From assembly GCA_020059915.1 (NCBI GenBank), contig JAGVBB010000003.1:160610-224609 (forward strand): 64,000 bases of DNA, written 5' to 3'. Of the stretch, positions 7,901 through 16,450 are shown piece after piece (position 1 is the first letter of the stretch; every line of letters starts with the position of its first letter). Both the position numbers and the translations under genes were made by a program. Under the pieces are notes generated by a model. The model did no database searches, had not been told where the DNA came from, and was given only the letters and a program-made list of their open reading frames with translations. This DNA comes from Minisyncoccota bacterium (GTDB taxonomy: Bacteria > Patescibacteriota > Minisyncoccia > UBA6257 > GWB1-50-10).

Positions 7901-8130
7901 GTTCTAGAATATGTTACTTACGTAAGAATTAGGTTGTGGGGGTCACTATCTCTACACGCGCCTCGGCAAGAAAACAAAATATAGCTTCTGGAAGGTTCCA
8001 TCCAAAAAAGGTATATGACTGCTTATTCTCGACATGACGCATAATGTGTTTCATGATTTTATTGTCTTTACTAGTAAAACGCCCGGTTTTTAAAAGTGTT
8101 ACAAGAAGATTTGCCATTCCGGTTAATTGC

Positions 8131-8150
8131 TCCTGCCTACCGGCAGGCAG
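8131..8150. repeat. REP-like palindromic element CCTGCCTACCGGCAGGCAGG (copy 1 of 3, inverted relative to the other two)
   Basis: Exact reverse complement of the CCTGCCTGCCGGTAGGCAGG core found at 19842 and 31278. Confidence 0.6.
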
Positions 8151-8162
8151 GCGCCGTCTCAA

Positions 8163-8413
8163 CGCAGGGGAGGATTCTCCTCTCACTCTGCTGAGTTCGA
8201 GACCTACGGCTTCAAAATCAAAGGATGCGGGTCGCGATGTTTTTTGGGGAGGATTTTCCTCACCCGTCACTTTCGCTCCTCCTTCGGAATCCAGGGTTCC
8301 TCGCTTTCGTTCGTTTCACTCACTCTTCGCATTCGCGCGCTCGGATACCCTTCGAATCCTCCTAGACATGAAACTAAAAAAGAAAGGACAAGTCCTTTCT
8401 TTTTTAGTTTGTG
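8163..8413 (-). repeat. tRNA-Tyr 3'-end pseudo-copy (8163-8177) plus about 235-bp insert; member of the gene-3'-end-associated element family
   Basis: cgcaggggaggattc is identical to the tRNA-Tyr 3' acceptor/T-arm 15-mer. The adjacent block ctctcactctgctgagttcgagacctacggcttc is paralogous to the tRNA-Trp locus block. A diverged match (cgctttcgttcgtttcactcactc) to the rplK/rpsI module is present, about 11/19 ungapped. Confidence 0.45.
8376..8406 (-). terminator. Terminator hairpin (aaaggac/gtccttt) directly 3' of tRNA-Tyr
   Basis: 7-bp stem flanked by A- and T-runs. Confidence 0.5.
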
Positions 8414-8496
8414 TGCGCAGGGGAGGATTCGAACCTCCGTAGCCGATAGGCGTCAGATTTACAGTCTGATACAATTGACCGCTCTGTCACCTGCGC
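8414..8496 (-). tRNA. trnY: tRNA-Tyr (anticodon GUA) with long variable arm
   Basis: Hand-folded. Acceptor GCGCAGG/CCTGCGC, anticodon stem-loop TCAGA-CTGTAAA-TCTGA, long variable arm, T-arm GGAGG-TTCGAAT-CCTCC. Confidence 0.85.
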
Positions 8497-8537
8497 ATCT
8501 TGTCTGATTATATTAATTAAACTTCCCTATCGCAATA

Positions 8538-8852
8538 TTACTTTTCCTCCTCTTTTTTCTCCATGGGAAATGCTATCTCACGTTCCTGTTCTTTCTTGAA
8601 TCTTGCAAGTCGCTTTGAGATAGTGTTATCAAGCTTCATAATATTTACTTTTAATTTGCGGAGAAACTTTTCAAATAACCATAACAACCAGTCATCAACC
8701 CGTTCAAGATATCCAACAAGCCAGTGAAATAACGATGTTTCTTTTGCTTTTTCAATATCAGTTTCATGCACACGAGGAACAACACGTCCCAACATATACA
8801 CAATGAAACCGAGGGCAATAATGGCTATAATTTGCAAAATAAAAGTTATCAT
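8538..8852 (-). CDS. Hypothetical small membrane protein
   Basis: N-terminal TM helix with a charged C-terminus; no recognisable family. Confidence 0.35.
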   Translation of the reverse strand: MITFILQIIAIIALGFIVYMLGRVVPRVHETDIEKAKETSLFHWLVGYLERVDDWLLWLFEKFLRKLKVNIMKLDNTISKRLARFKKEQEREIAFPMEKKEEEK

Positions 8853-8909
8853 AAAAAAGTTTTATCTATGCAACGGACAGTATCCGTTGCATAGACCCTT
8901 ATAGAGTAA

Positions 8910-9350
8910 TTATATCGAATAACGAATAAATCGCTCTACTTTTATATTTTCTCCTACTATTCCAGTGACACTCTTGATAAGATTTTCAATAGTTGTTGAT
9001 TCATCTTTTACAAAAGGTTGTGCAAGTAGCTCTTCCACTGTCTCAGGACCCATTGCAGCAATATGCATTGCAATATCACGCGCAAGATTTCTGAATAAAT
9101 CACCACGGACTACGAAATCAGTTTCTGCATGAATTTGGAGCATTACTCCAACACGCTCGTTGTGAATATAGGAAATCAACATTCCCGCTCCCGCAACGCG
9201 GTCTTTCTTTGATTCTGCTTTAACCAATCCTCGCTCGTGAATAATTACTTTTGCTTTTTCAAAATCCCCCTTTGCCTCATCGAGTGCGCGTTTGCACTCC
9301 ATAACGCCTGCGCCAGTCATCTCGCGCAATTTTTTTATGTCGTCGCTCAT
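8910..9350 (-). CDS. tsf: Translation elongation factor Ts (short form)
   Basis: N-terminal UBA-like motif LREMTGAGVMECKRALDEAKGDFEKA and the EF-Ts core. The start is set at MSDDIKKL (the track ORF starts 26 codons upstream and would overlap rpsB). rpsB-tsf synteny. Confidence 0.75.
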   Translation of the reverse strand: MSDDIKKLREMTGAGVMECKRALDEAKGDFEKAKVIIHERGLVKAESKKDRVAGAGMLISYIHNERVGVMLQIHAETDFVVRGDLFRNLARDIAMHIAAMGPETVEELLAQPFVKDESTTIENLIKSVTGIVGENIKVERFIRYSI

Positions 9351-9382
9351 GATACGATGTAATTTTTTAATTTCGACTAAAC

Positions 9383-10078
9383 TTATTTTTTCTTTCCCAA
9401 ACCTTCCTGAATTTTTGCGATAACCCACGAAATGCTGTCTCGTGCATGATCATTTGCAAAAATTGGTTTTGTTACTAATTTTGGATCATCATTGGTATCC
9501 ATAATAGCAACTACTGGAATGTTCAAACGAACTGCTTCTTTAATTGCCGTCATGTGTTCCTTGGGATCAATCACTAAAAGAACATTTGGTGTTCGTGTTA
9601 GTTTTAACAATCCATCAAAGGTAACTGACATTTTTCCAATTTCTTCAGAAAACTTTAACTGTTCTTTCTTTGTATATTTACTCAATTCTCCCTTCTCTTT
9701 CTTATCTCTCAAATCCACATAATAGCGGATTCTTTCTGATATCACTTTAAAATTGGTAAGTGTACCACCAAGCCACCGTGTTACGACATACGGATACTTT
9801 AAATCGCGCGCAAATGCTTTTACTGCTTCGCGTGCAGGGGCCGTCGTTCCCACTACCATAAGGAGTCCATCCGTACCAAGCTTTTCGGCGATAAACTTTA
9901 CCGCTGCATCCAGAGACGTAATTGTTGACTCAGGATCTAAAAGCTCGATTTCATTGCGATTGAGCGCAATGTGTTGTCTCATACGAGGATGCGTTTTTGA
10001 ACGCTTATGCCCCGTGAGGACACCCGCGGTAACGAGTTCCGCGACCAACTCACTGGTTATTTCTCTTTCTTTACTCAT
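9383..10078 (-). CDS. rpsB: 30S ribosomal protein S2
   Basis: S2 signatures (GHKRSKTHPRM, VVGTTAP, IPVVAIMDTNDDP). Confidence 0.9.
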   Translation of the reverse strand: MSKEREITSELVAELVTAGVLTGHKRSKTHPRMRQHIALNRNEIELLDPESTITSLDAAVKFIAEKLGTDGLLMVVGTTAPAREAVKAFARDLKYPYVVTRWLGGTLTNFKVISERIRYYVDLRDKKEKGELSKYTKKEQLKFSEEIGKMSVTFDGLLKLTRTPNVLLVIDPKEHMTAIKEAVRLNIPVVAIMDTNDDPKLVTKPIFANDHARDSISWVIAKIQEGLGKKK

Positions 10079-10184
10079 AAAAATTCGCCCTTTTTAGGCC
10101 TCACTACTATATATGAAATATATTCACTTGTAAATTCCGACCATTGGGATATAGTGCACATAGAATATTAATAAGGAGGCACAC

Positions 10185-10622
10185 GTGAAACACCCACAAA
10201 AATCTATTACAGTAGAAGAAAAAAAGCGACATCTTTTGGAAAAGAAAGCTGGATATATGGGAGCATTCTCGCGTATATTCAGAGTATTCCTTAAAGAGGG
10301 AAAGCCCAACACAAAACATATCCTTCCTATCTTCCGAAAGCTTGCCAAATACTGTACAGGCGCATACGACGACCCACGCCGTATGTTTTTAGGGATTTTG
10401 AAAAATGAAGATTCTGCATGGGAAACATTTTTCCGTTTTGCAGACGAATTACGTCCTGGATTTCTATTTGATACTAGAAACGGGAACATATTAAAACGGA
10501 TACCATTTGAAATTGTTCTCAAAAAAAGAGGACAACAAATACAAGTTTCTATTGCATCATCAAAGTTTCAAACAATGGATGTCACTTCGTTTAAAAGATA
10601 TCTAAGAAATCTAAAAAAATAA
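10185..10622 (+). CDS. Hypothetical protein (isolated plus-strand gene)
   Basis: Strong SD AAGGAGG 7 nt before a GTG start; an intrinsic terminator follows immediately; basic 145-aa product. Confidence 0.45.
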   Translation: MKHPQKSITVEEKKRHLLEKKAGYMGAFSRIFRVFLKEGKPNTKHILPIFRKLAKYCTGAYDDPRRMFLGILKNEDSAWETFFRFADELRPGFLFDTRNGNILKRIPFEIVLKKRGQQIQVSIASSKFQTMDVTSFKRYLRNLKK

Positions 10623-10651
10623 CAGCAGTCTATGACTGCTGTTTATTTTTT
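10622..10651 (+). terminator. Rho-independent terminator
   Basis: acagcagtc-tat-gactgctgt followed by a T-run. Confidence 0.55.
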
Positions 10652-11346
10652 CTCCACTCTTCTATTAGCTTATGATTTCCAGATTGAAGCACCTCAGGTA
10701 CTTTCCAAATTTTTTTTCGTTTTCCTTTTTCTTGAATCACTACTTCCGCAGGTTTTGTATATACCGGATACGAACCCTTTATTTCTTCTAACGATTCCGT
10801 TTTTCCTAACACTCCAGGAATCTGACGCGATACTGCATCCATCACCACAAGTGCAGGTAATTCACCACCAGAAAGCACAAAATCTCCTATTGAGACCTCC
10901 TCATCTGCAATATATTCCGCAACACGTTCGTCTACTCCTTCATAGCGACCACAAATAAAAATGAGATGATTATATTTTGAAAGTCGCTTTGCATCCTCAT
11001 TGGTAAACACTTTTCCTCGTGTTGAAAACAAAATGGTTCGGCTCTGCTCACCACGGGCTGTTCGTGTTTTTCCCTTTTTTATTTTTGATAATACTTTTTC
11101 TACCGCTTTATAAATCGGTTCAACCTTGAGCACCATCCCCGGTCCTCCCCCGTATGGTGATTCATCAGTTATTTTATGTTTTCCCAATCCAAACTGGCGA
11201 AGTGCTACTGGATTTATTTTTATTAATTTCTTTTCTTGTGCGCGTCCAATAATTGAAGCATTACAGTATGACTCCAAAGATTCTGGAAATAACGAGATAA
11301 TGTGAAATGTTTTCATTGTCTTGCTTATTGAAACTATACCAAACAA
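10630..11346 (-). CDS. trmD: tRNA (guanine37-N1)-methyltransferase
   Basis: SPOUT/TrmD motifs (ISIGDFVLSGGELPALVVMDAVSRQIPGVLG). Confidence 0.85.
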   Translation of the reverse strand: MFGIVSISKTMKTFHIISLFPESLESYCNASIIGRAQEKKLIKINPVALRQFGLGKHKITDESPYGGGPGMVLKVEPIYKAVEKVLSKIKKGKTRTARGEQSRTILFSTRGKVFTNEDAKRLSKYNHLIFICGRYEGVDERVAEYIADEEVSIGDFVLSGGELPALVVMDAVSRQIPGVLGKTESLEEIKGSYPVYTKPAEVVIQEKGKRKKIWKVPEVLQSGNHKLIEEWRKNKQQS

Positions 11347-11382
11347 AAACCCCGCCAGTCCATGGACCGGCGGGATTCTTTT

Positions 11383-11667
11383 TTATTCTGTTTCTGCGTG
11401 TTGCTGTTGTCCGCGAGTGGAACCTTCTGGTTCATCAATCTTTAGATTAACGCGTGCGTTGTTTTTTACTCCAACGATACGGAGAAGGGTTCGGATTGCC
11501 TTGGCGGTTGAGCCTTGTCGTCCAACAATCTGTCCCATATCTTGTGCATTAACCTTGAGGGTTAAAAGAACACCCATTTCATCAACCTTGCGGTCAATAA
11601 CCACCTCATCTGGATGATCAACAACAGACTTTACCACGTACTCCAAAAAATCCTTATCTGACATCAT
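11383..11667 (-). CDS. KH-domain RNA-binding protein (YlqC/UPF0109 family)
   Basis: KH motif IVGRQGSTAKAIRTLLRI; conserved position between rpsP and trmD. Confidence 0.7.
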   Translation of the reverse strand: MMSDKDFLEYVVKSVVDHPDEVVIDRKVDEMGVLLTLKVNAQDMGQIVGRQGSTAKAIRTLLRIVGVKNNARVNLKIDEPEGSTRGQQQHAETE

Positions 11668-11725
11668 AAAACGAATAGAATACTGATTATCTTATCATTC
11701 GACCTTTCGTTACTTGATTACGTTA

Positions 11726-12010
11726 TTATTTTTTTTCTGCTTTTACTGGCTTCTTATGAAGTACTATCTTTTCGGTTTTGATAATTCCCTTTTTAACAAG
11801 GATATTGTGAACAGTTGCAGTTGGTTGTGCTCCCTTCTTCATCCAATCAAGTGCTTTTTCAGAAGCAATAACACTCTTATTTTGGTGTGGATTCCACCAT
11901 CCCAAATCATCGGTAAATTTACCGGTCATTTTTGATCGTTTCTCTGCAACCACAATGCGATAGGTTGCCTGTCCTTTCTTTCCTATTCTTTTTAGCTTTA
12001 TTGCCAACAT
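11726..12010 (-). CDS. rpsP: 30S ribosomal protein S16
   Basis: MLAIKLKRIGKKGQATYRIVVAEKRSK... typical S16 N-terminus. Confidence 0.85.
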   Translation of the reverse strand: MLAIKLKRIGKKGQATYRIVVAEKRSKMTGKFTDDLGWWNPHQNKSVIASEKALDWMKKGAQPTATVHNILVKKGIIKTEKIVLHKKPVKAEKK

Positions 12011-12053
12011 AATTTCGAAATTAGTGTATCGTATTTATTGTGATGTGTCAAAA

Positions 12054-14222
12054 TTACTTCATCCCCTCAAGCTTAAGTGAAAGTATAGTTGAAACACCAT
12101 CATCGCCCATAGTTACCCCATAGAGTACATCCGCTGCCTCCATAGTCGCCCGATTGTGGGTGACAATCACAAACTGGCTACTCTTTGAAAAATCTTTAAC
12201 GAGATCAGAAAATCTGCGTGCATTATCTTCATCAAGTGGTGCATCAATCTCATCAAGAACTAAAAATGGCGGTGGACTCACAGAAATTAACGCAAATAGT
12301 GCGGCAAGTGATACCAAACTTTTTTCTCCACCAGAAAGCATCTCCAAACTGGTAATTTTTTTTCTCGGAATAGAAATTTCAATCTCAACTCCTGCTTGAA
12401 GCTCGGAACCCTTTTCTTTCTTTTCTTCAATCACTTCTTCTCCGCTTTCCTGAACAACAATATCTTGAACCTTAATTTCAGGGATCTTTAATTTCATCTT
12501 TGCTTTTCCGCCACCAAACATCAATTTAAAATAATGATCGAATGCATCATTAATGGATGAAAATGCATTTTTAAAATCTGCATGAATCTTGTGTTCAAGT
12601 TCTTTGATAAGGGATCTCAAATCAGCAACTGCATTGGTAAGATCTTCAAGTTCTTTACTGAGAAACATATATCGTGCCTCAGTATCCTCTGCCTCCTTCA
12701 TAAGATTTGGATCAATCTCTCCTATCGCAGCAAGCTCTCCGCGCAAACGGATCATCTTTCTTTCAATATCACTTGATACAACCACATCTTTTATTTCTGG
12801 AAGTTTTTCCAAATCTTCTTTTTTGTTTCCTAATGTTGCCCATTCTCGTTCAAGTTCTTCTCTTCTCATTACCACGCGTTCATAATCAAACCGGAGATTT
12901 ACGAGTTCTTGATCAAGTTTTCTTAACTCATTCTTTTTGTTTTCCAAAACCTCAACCTTAGAACGGAATTCTTGATTCGCTCGTTGCCCCGATTCAGCAA
13001 GTTCCTCTTCTGCAACACGCAATGTATCTATTTCCTTTCCAACAACTTCCAACTCTTCACGAATACGTTCAAGTTCCTTTTTCAGATCTGATGTATCACG
13101 ATGCGTGACATCCCTATCAAAAAATCTGGTAATTCTTTCGGTAATGGATTGTAACGAAATTTTTATTTTTTCTATCTCATGCCAATCTACTATAATCGCG
13201 ATTTCTTCTTTTATAGTTCCCAAAAATGTATGCATATCTGCAGCACTTTTTTCTGCCTGTGTAATGGGAACCGACTCAATTTCAATGCGTGCTTCCGCCT
13301 TTGCAAATGCCCGTTCAAGTTCTGCACGTTTTTTAAATAATTCATTCAATGACTCACGAAGCATTTTCCCCCGCTCCACTCCTCCATGTTCTTGATCAAC
13401 CGCCTTCACTTCCTGTTCTGCTAAAAATACCTCCTTTTCCTTTTTATTTTTTTCTTCCTCAAGACGTGCAACAGGAACACTTGTCTTCTTTAGATCATGG
13501 GCTATTGCATAATAACGATGGGAAAAATAGGCAGTCTCAAATGTCTGTAATTCACTTTCAATCTCTGTTCTTCGTTCAAATCGAGATTTTTGTCTGCGCA
13601 ACAATTTTAAGTGTGGGGTTATTTCGTCTAACATCGCGCGAACCTTCTCCATATTAATCTCACTTGTTGAAAGTTGGCGTTCTGCCTGGTTCTTTTTTAA
13701 ACGAAATTCACGGAGACCAAGTATTTCTTCAATCATCCCCCTGCGATCTTCGGGAGTTGATCGAACAAACAAATCACTTTGTCCTTGCCCTATCATGGTA
13801 AGTCCGCGAGCACCAAGTTTTGCTCGTGCAAGAATTGGTTGGAGATCCTTCAATCTCATCTCTGAGTCATTCAAAAAAAATTCAGAAGCACCAGAACGAT
13901 CTATTTTTCTCGTCACGGTAACTTCTGGTGCGTCTATCGGAAATAATTTTTTACTATTATCAAATACAAGAGAAACTTTTGCAAAACCAACCGCAGGACG
14001 TTTTGGTGTCCCAGCAAAAATAAGATTCGCAAGTGAATCACCTCGAAGCTGTTTTGCTTCGCGTTCTCCCAATACCCAACGTAATGCATCAATAACATTT
14101 GATTTTCCTGAACCATTTGGACCGACAACTGCGGTTACTCTATCGGGAAACTCAAATACTGTTTTCTGTGCGAATGATTTAAATCCCTGGAGTTCTAATC
14201 TGCGTAAAAATGTATGATGCAT
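12054..14222 (-). CDS. smc: SMC-family chromosome segregation ATPase (shortened, 722 aa)
   Basis: N-terminal Walker A (VVGPNGSGKSNVIDALRWVLGE), long coiled coils, C-terminal ABC signature LSGGEKSLVSLAALFAL and Walker B LVLDEIDAPLD. rnc-smc synteny. Confidence 0.7.
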   Translation of the reverse strand: MHHTFLRRLELQGFKSFAQKTVFEFPDRVTAVVGPNGSGKSNVIDALRWVLGEREAKQLRGDSLANLIFAGTPKRPAVGFAKVSLVFDNSKKLFPIDAPEVTVTRKIDRSGASEFFLNDSEMRLKDLQPILARAKLGARGLTMIGQGQSDLFVRSTPEDRRGMIEEILGLREFRLKKNQAERQLSTSEINMEKVRAMLDEITPHLKLLRRQKSRFERRTEIESELQTFETAYFSHRYYAIAHDLKKTSVPVARLEEEKNKKEKEVFLAEQEVKAVDQEHGGVERGKMLRESLNELFKKRAELERAFAKAEARIEIESVPITQAEKSAADMHTFLGTIKEEIAIIVDWHEIEKIKISLQSITERITRFFDRDVTHRDTSDLKKELERIREELEVVGKEIDTLRVAEEELAESGQRANQEFRSKVEVLENKKNELRKLDQELVNLRFDYERVVMRREELEREWATLGNKKEDLEKLPEIKDVVVSSDIERKMIRLRGELAAIGEIDPNLMKEAEDTEARYMFLSKELEDLTNAVADLRSLIKELEHKIHADFKNAFSSINDAFDHYFKLMFGGGKAKMKLKIPEIKVQDIVVQESGEEVIEEKKEKGSELQAGVEIEISIPRKKITSLEMLSGGEKSLVSLAALFALISVSPPPFLVLDEIDAPLDEDNARRFSDLVKDFSKSSQFVIVTHNRATMEAADVLYGVTMGDDGVSTILSLKLEGMK

Positions 14223-14228
14223 ATCGTA

Positions 14229-14921
14229 TTATTTTTGTTCAATCGTTTCTAGCGCTTTGAGTGCCGCATTTACTTCCGCTTCTTGTTTTGATGTTCCTTC
14301 CGCTTCCGCTTCCATCCTGTGCCCAATAAAAACCCCAACCCGAAATACCTTTGCATGATCTGGTCCTTCCTCACTCAAAACCTTGTATACAGGAGTGATC
14401 CGCTCTCGTTCTTGTACCAATTCTTGTAACTCACTTTTTGGATCACGATATAATTTCTTTTCAATAATTTCATCAAGATGAGGAAGCACCCACTGTTCAA
14501 CCACCTGCTTTGTTGCATCATATCCACGATCAAGATAAATTGCCCCCAACAATGCCTCCATTGCATTTGCAAGAATTACCTCTCGTGCTTTTCCAAAATC
14601 ACGAGCCTCCCCACGTGACAAAAAGAGAAATTTATCAAGCGTTAATTCCTTTGCAACCCTTCCAAGCATTTGATAGTTAACCAATGACGCACGCAAACTG
14701 GTTAAATGTCCTTCTTGGAAATCAGGAAACTTTTCGTATAAAAATTTCGTCACTATTAATTCAAGTACCGCATCACCCAAAAATTCTAACCGTTCATTGT
14801 GTGGTAGTGCCCACTCAGGATTCTCATTCAAATATGAACGATGTGTTAACGCTTCTTTAAGCGTATCAATATTAAGAAACTGAATTCCTATTTTTTCTTC
14901 AAATTGCCTCGGATCTTTCAT
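14229..14921 (-). CDS. rnc: Ribonuclease III
   Basis: RNase III signature ERLEFLGDAVLELIV plus a C-terminal dsRBD. Confidence 0.85.
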   Translation of the reverse strand: MKDPRQFEEKIGIQFLNIDTLKEALTHRSYLNENPEWALPHNERLEFLGDAVLELIVTKFLYEKFPDFQEGHLTSLRASLVNYQMLGRVAKELTLDKFLFLSRGEARDFGKAREVILANAMEALLGAIYLDRGYDATKQVVEQWVLPHLDEIIEKKLYRDPKSELQELVQERERITPVYKVLSEEGPDHAKVFRVGVFIGHRMEAEAEGTSKQEAEVNAALKALETIEQK

Positions 14922-14923
14922 GT

Positions 14924-15391
14924 TTATTCCTCATCTTTTTTTTCTGGCTTTGGTACGTCCACCAATTTTCCCGACTCAATAAGCTCCTTGTAGACCGTCC
15001 CCAAAACACCATTGATAAATTTTGGCGAACTCACTCCACCATATGCTTTTGCCACCTCAATTGCCTCGTTGATTGCAACGCGAGGGGGTACCTCTTCATG
15101 GTCTGCAAACATCAATTCGTATAGCCCAATACGCAAAACATTTCTATCAATGATTGCAATCTGGTCCACGGGCCATTCGGGAGCAACACGGGTAATGGTC
15201 GTATCAAGTTCAGCAAGATTAGCAACAATTCCTGTTACCATAGTCACCACAAATTGTGGTTCATCAATTCCTGGACCAAATTCTTCAATATTGCGTGTTA
15301 TCACCTGGGGTAAATCTACGTTTTTTTTATAAAAATCCCACTCGTAGAGCGACTGCAATACAATGGTTCGGATTAAATGTCTTGTTGCCAT
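14924..15391 (-). CDS. nusB: Transcription antitermination factor NusB-like
   Basis: NusB-fold helical protein ([17 protein letters not shown]..., [14 protein letters not shown]). Confidence 0.7.
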   Translation of the reverse strand: MATRHLIRTIVLQSLYEWDFYKKNVDLPQVITRNIEEFGPGIDEPQFVVTMVTGIVANLAELDTTITRVAPEWPVDQIAIIDRNVLRIGLYELMFADHEEVPPRVAINEAIEVAKAYGGVSSPKFINGVLGTVYKELIESGKLVDVPKPEKKDEE

Positions 15392-15456
15392 AAATGTACG
15401 AGAAAGAACAAAAAAGTTTTAAAAATTATTCGGCTATAAAAATAAAAGAAGTGGCA

Positions 15457-15633
15457 TTATTTTGCCGACTTCTTTTTTGGCTGTTTTGCATATGAACCAC
15501 ATTGTGGACAGCTCTTGTGTGCAAACGATGGACCACCACATTTCTTACATGCAACTACTGGCAACTTCTTGAGTGCCTGCTGTGAACGTCGGCGTCCTAC
15601 TTTTGACGTTGAATGATGACTTAACCGTGACAT
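15457..15633 (-). CDS. rpmF: 50S ribosomal protein L32
   Basis: 58-aa ORF missed by the track: MSRLSHHSTSKVGRRRSQQALKKLPVVACKKCGGPSFAHKSCPQCGSYAKQPKKKSAK. L32 zinc-ribbon CxxCG..H..CxxCG.Y. Confidence 0.7.
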   Translation of the reverse strand: MSRLSHHSTSKVGRRRSQQALKKLPVVACKKCGGPSFAHKSCPQCGSYAKQPKKKSAK

Positions 15634-15673
15634 ATAGGGTTAGTGTACACTAAACAAACTTAAAACGCAAAAA

Positions 15674-16327
15674 TTAAAATACAAAATTGTCTAAAAATGA
15701 GATTCGGTGAAACTTTGAAGGACCGTATTTTTTAAGTGCCTCTATATGTCCCCTTGTCCCATATCCCTTGTGTCTTTTCAACCCATATTGGGGATATTTT
15801 TTGTCTTGTGTGACCATGTATCTATCCCGCATCACTTTTCCATAGATTGATGCAAAACTAATGATCTTCACCGTTTCGTCCCCTTTTATGATTGTCTTCG
15901 TATAAAATACACATTTTGGAAAAAATGCTTCAAGTTTTTCTTTATCTACATACAGATTTCCATCAAGTACAATGCGTATCATTCCAGAAGTAATATGCGC
16001 TTTTTTGAGCACCTTCATTACCGCTTCTGTTGCACCACATCGTGTTGAATACGAAATTCCTTTTGAATCAATGATTTTGGGTGTAATTGCAGAATATTCA
16101 ATAAACAATTCTCCATCTTTTCTTTTTTCATTTAAAATCTTCCACCATTCTTCGCGTTGCTTTTCAGAAAGTTTTTTAGAATCCCGCACGGGACATGTTT
16201 TTGTTGGTTTGGGAAGTTTTTTGAGATCAAATACTCCACACGCACACACATACAGTGGACCCGCAAGTGGTCCGCGCCCCATTTCGTCAACGCCAATGGT
16301 ACATGTTTTTTCTGATCCACCTTTCAT
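15674..16327 (-). CDS. rnhB: Ribonuclease HII
   Basis: IGVDEMGRGPLAGPLYVCAC catalytic N-terminus of RNase HII. Confidence 0.85.
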   Translation of the reverse strand: MKGGSEKTCTIGVDEMGRGPLAGPLYVCACGVFDLKKLPKPTKTCPVRDSKKLSEKQREEWWKILNEKRKDGELFIEYSAITPKIIDSKGISYSTRCGATEAVMKVLKKAHITSGMIRIVLDGNLYVDKEKLEAFFPKCVFYTKTIIKGDETVKIISFASIYGKVMRDRYMVTQDKKYPQYGLKRHKGYGTRGHIEALKKYGPSKFHRISFLDNFVF

Positions 16328-16450
16328 ATCAAATAATGTCCTAAATATATCACGTATTATACAAAGACCCTACTAGACAACAATACCTTACCAAACTGCA
16401 ACGTTGCATCGTTCTCAAAAAAAATTACAATGAAGGAGATACGTATTCGC

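Noticed and set aside
7929-8507. Track ORFs 7929-8270(-), 8044-8442(+) and 8127-8507(+) as protein-coding genes
   Set aside because: They overlap the hand-folded tRNA-Tyr, its terminator and the tRNA-3'-end-associated repeat region. Their translations are low-complexity Arg/Ser/Pro-rich, typical of GC-rich noncoding structure read in frame.
10107-10522. Minus-strand ORFs 10107-10319 and 10124-10522
   Set aside because: They are antisense to the plus-strand ORF, which has a perfect SD and terminator. The minus ORFs lack ribosome-binding sites and encode low-complexity sequence.
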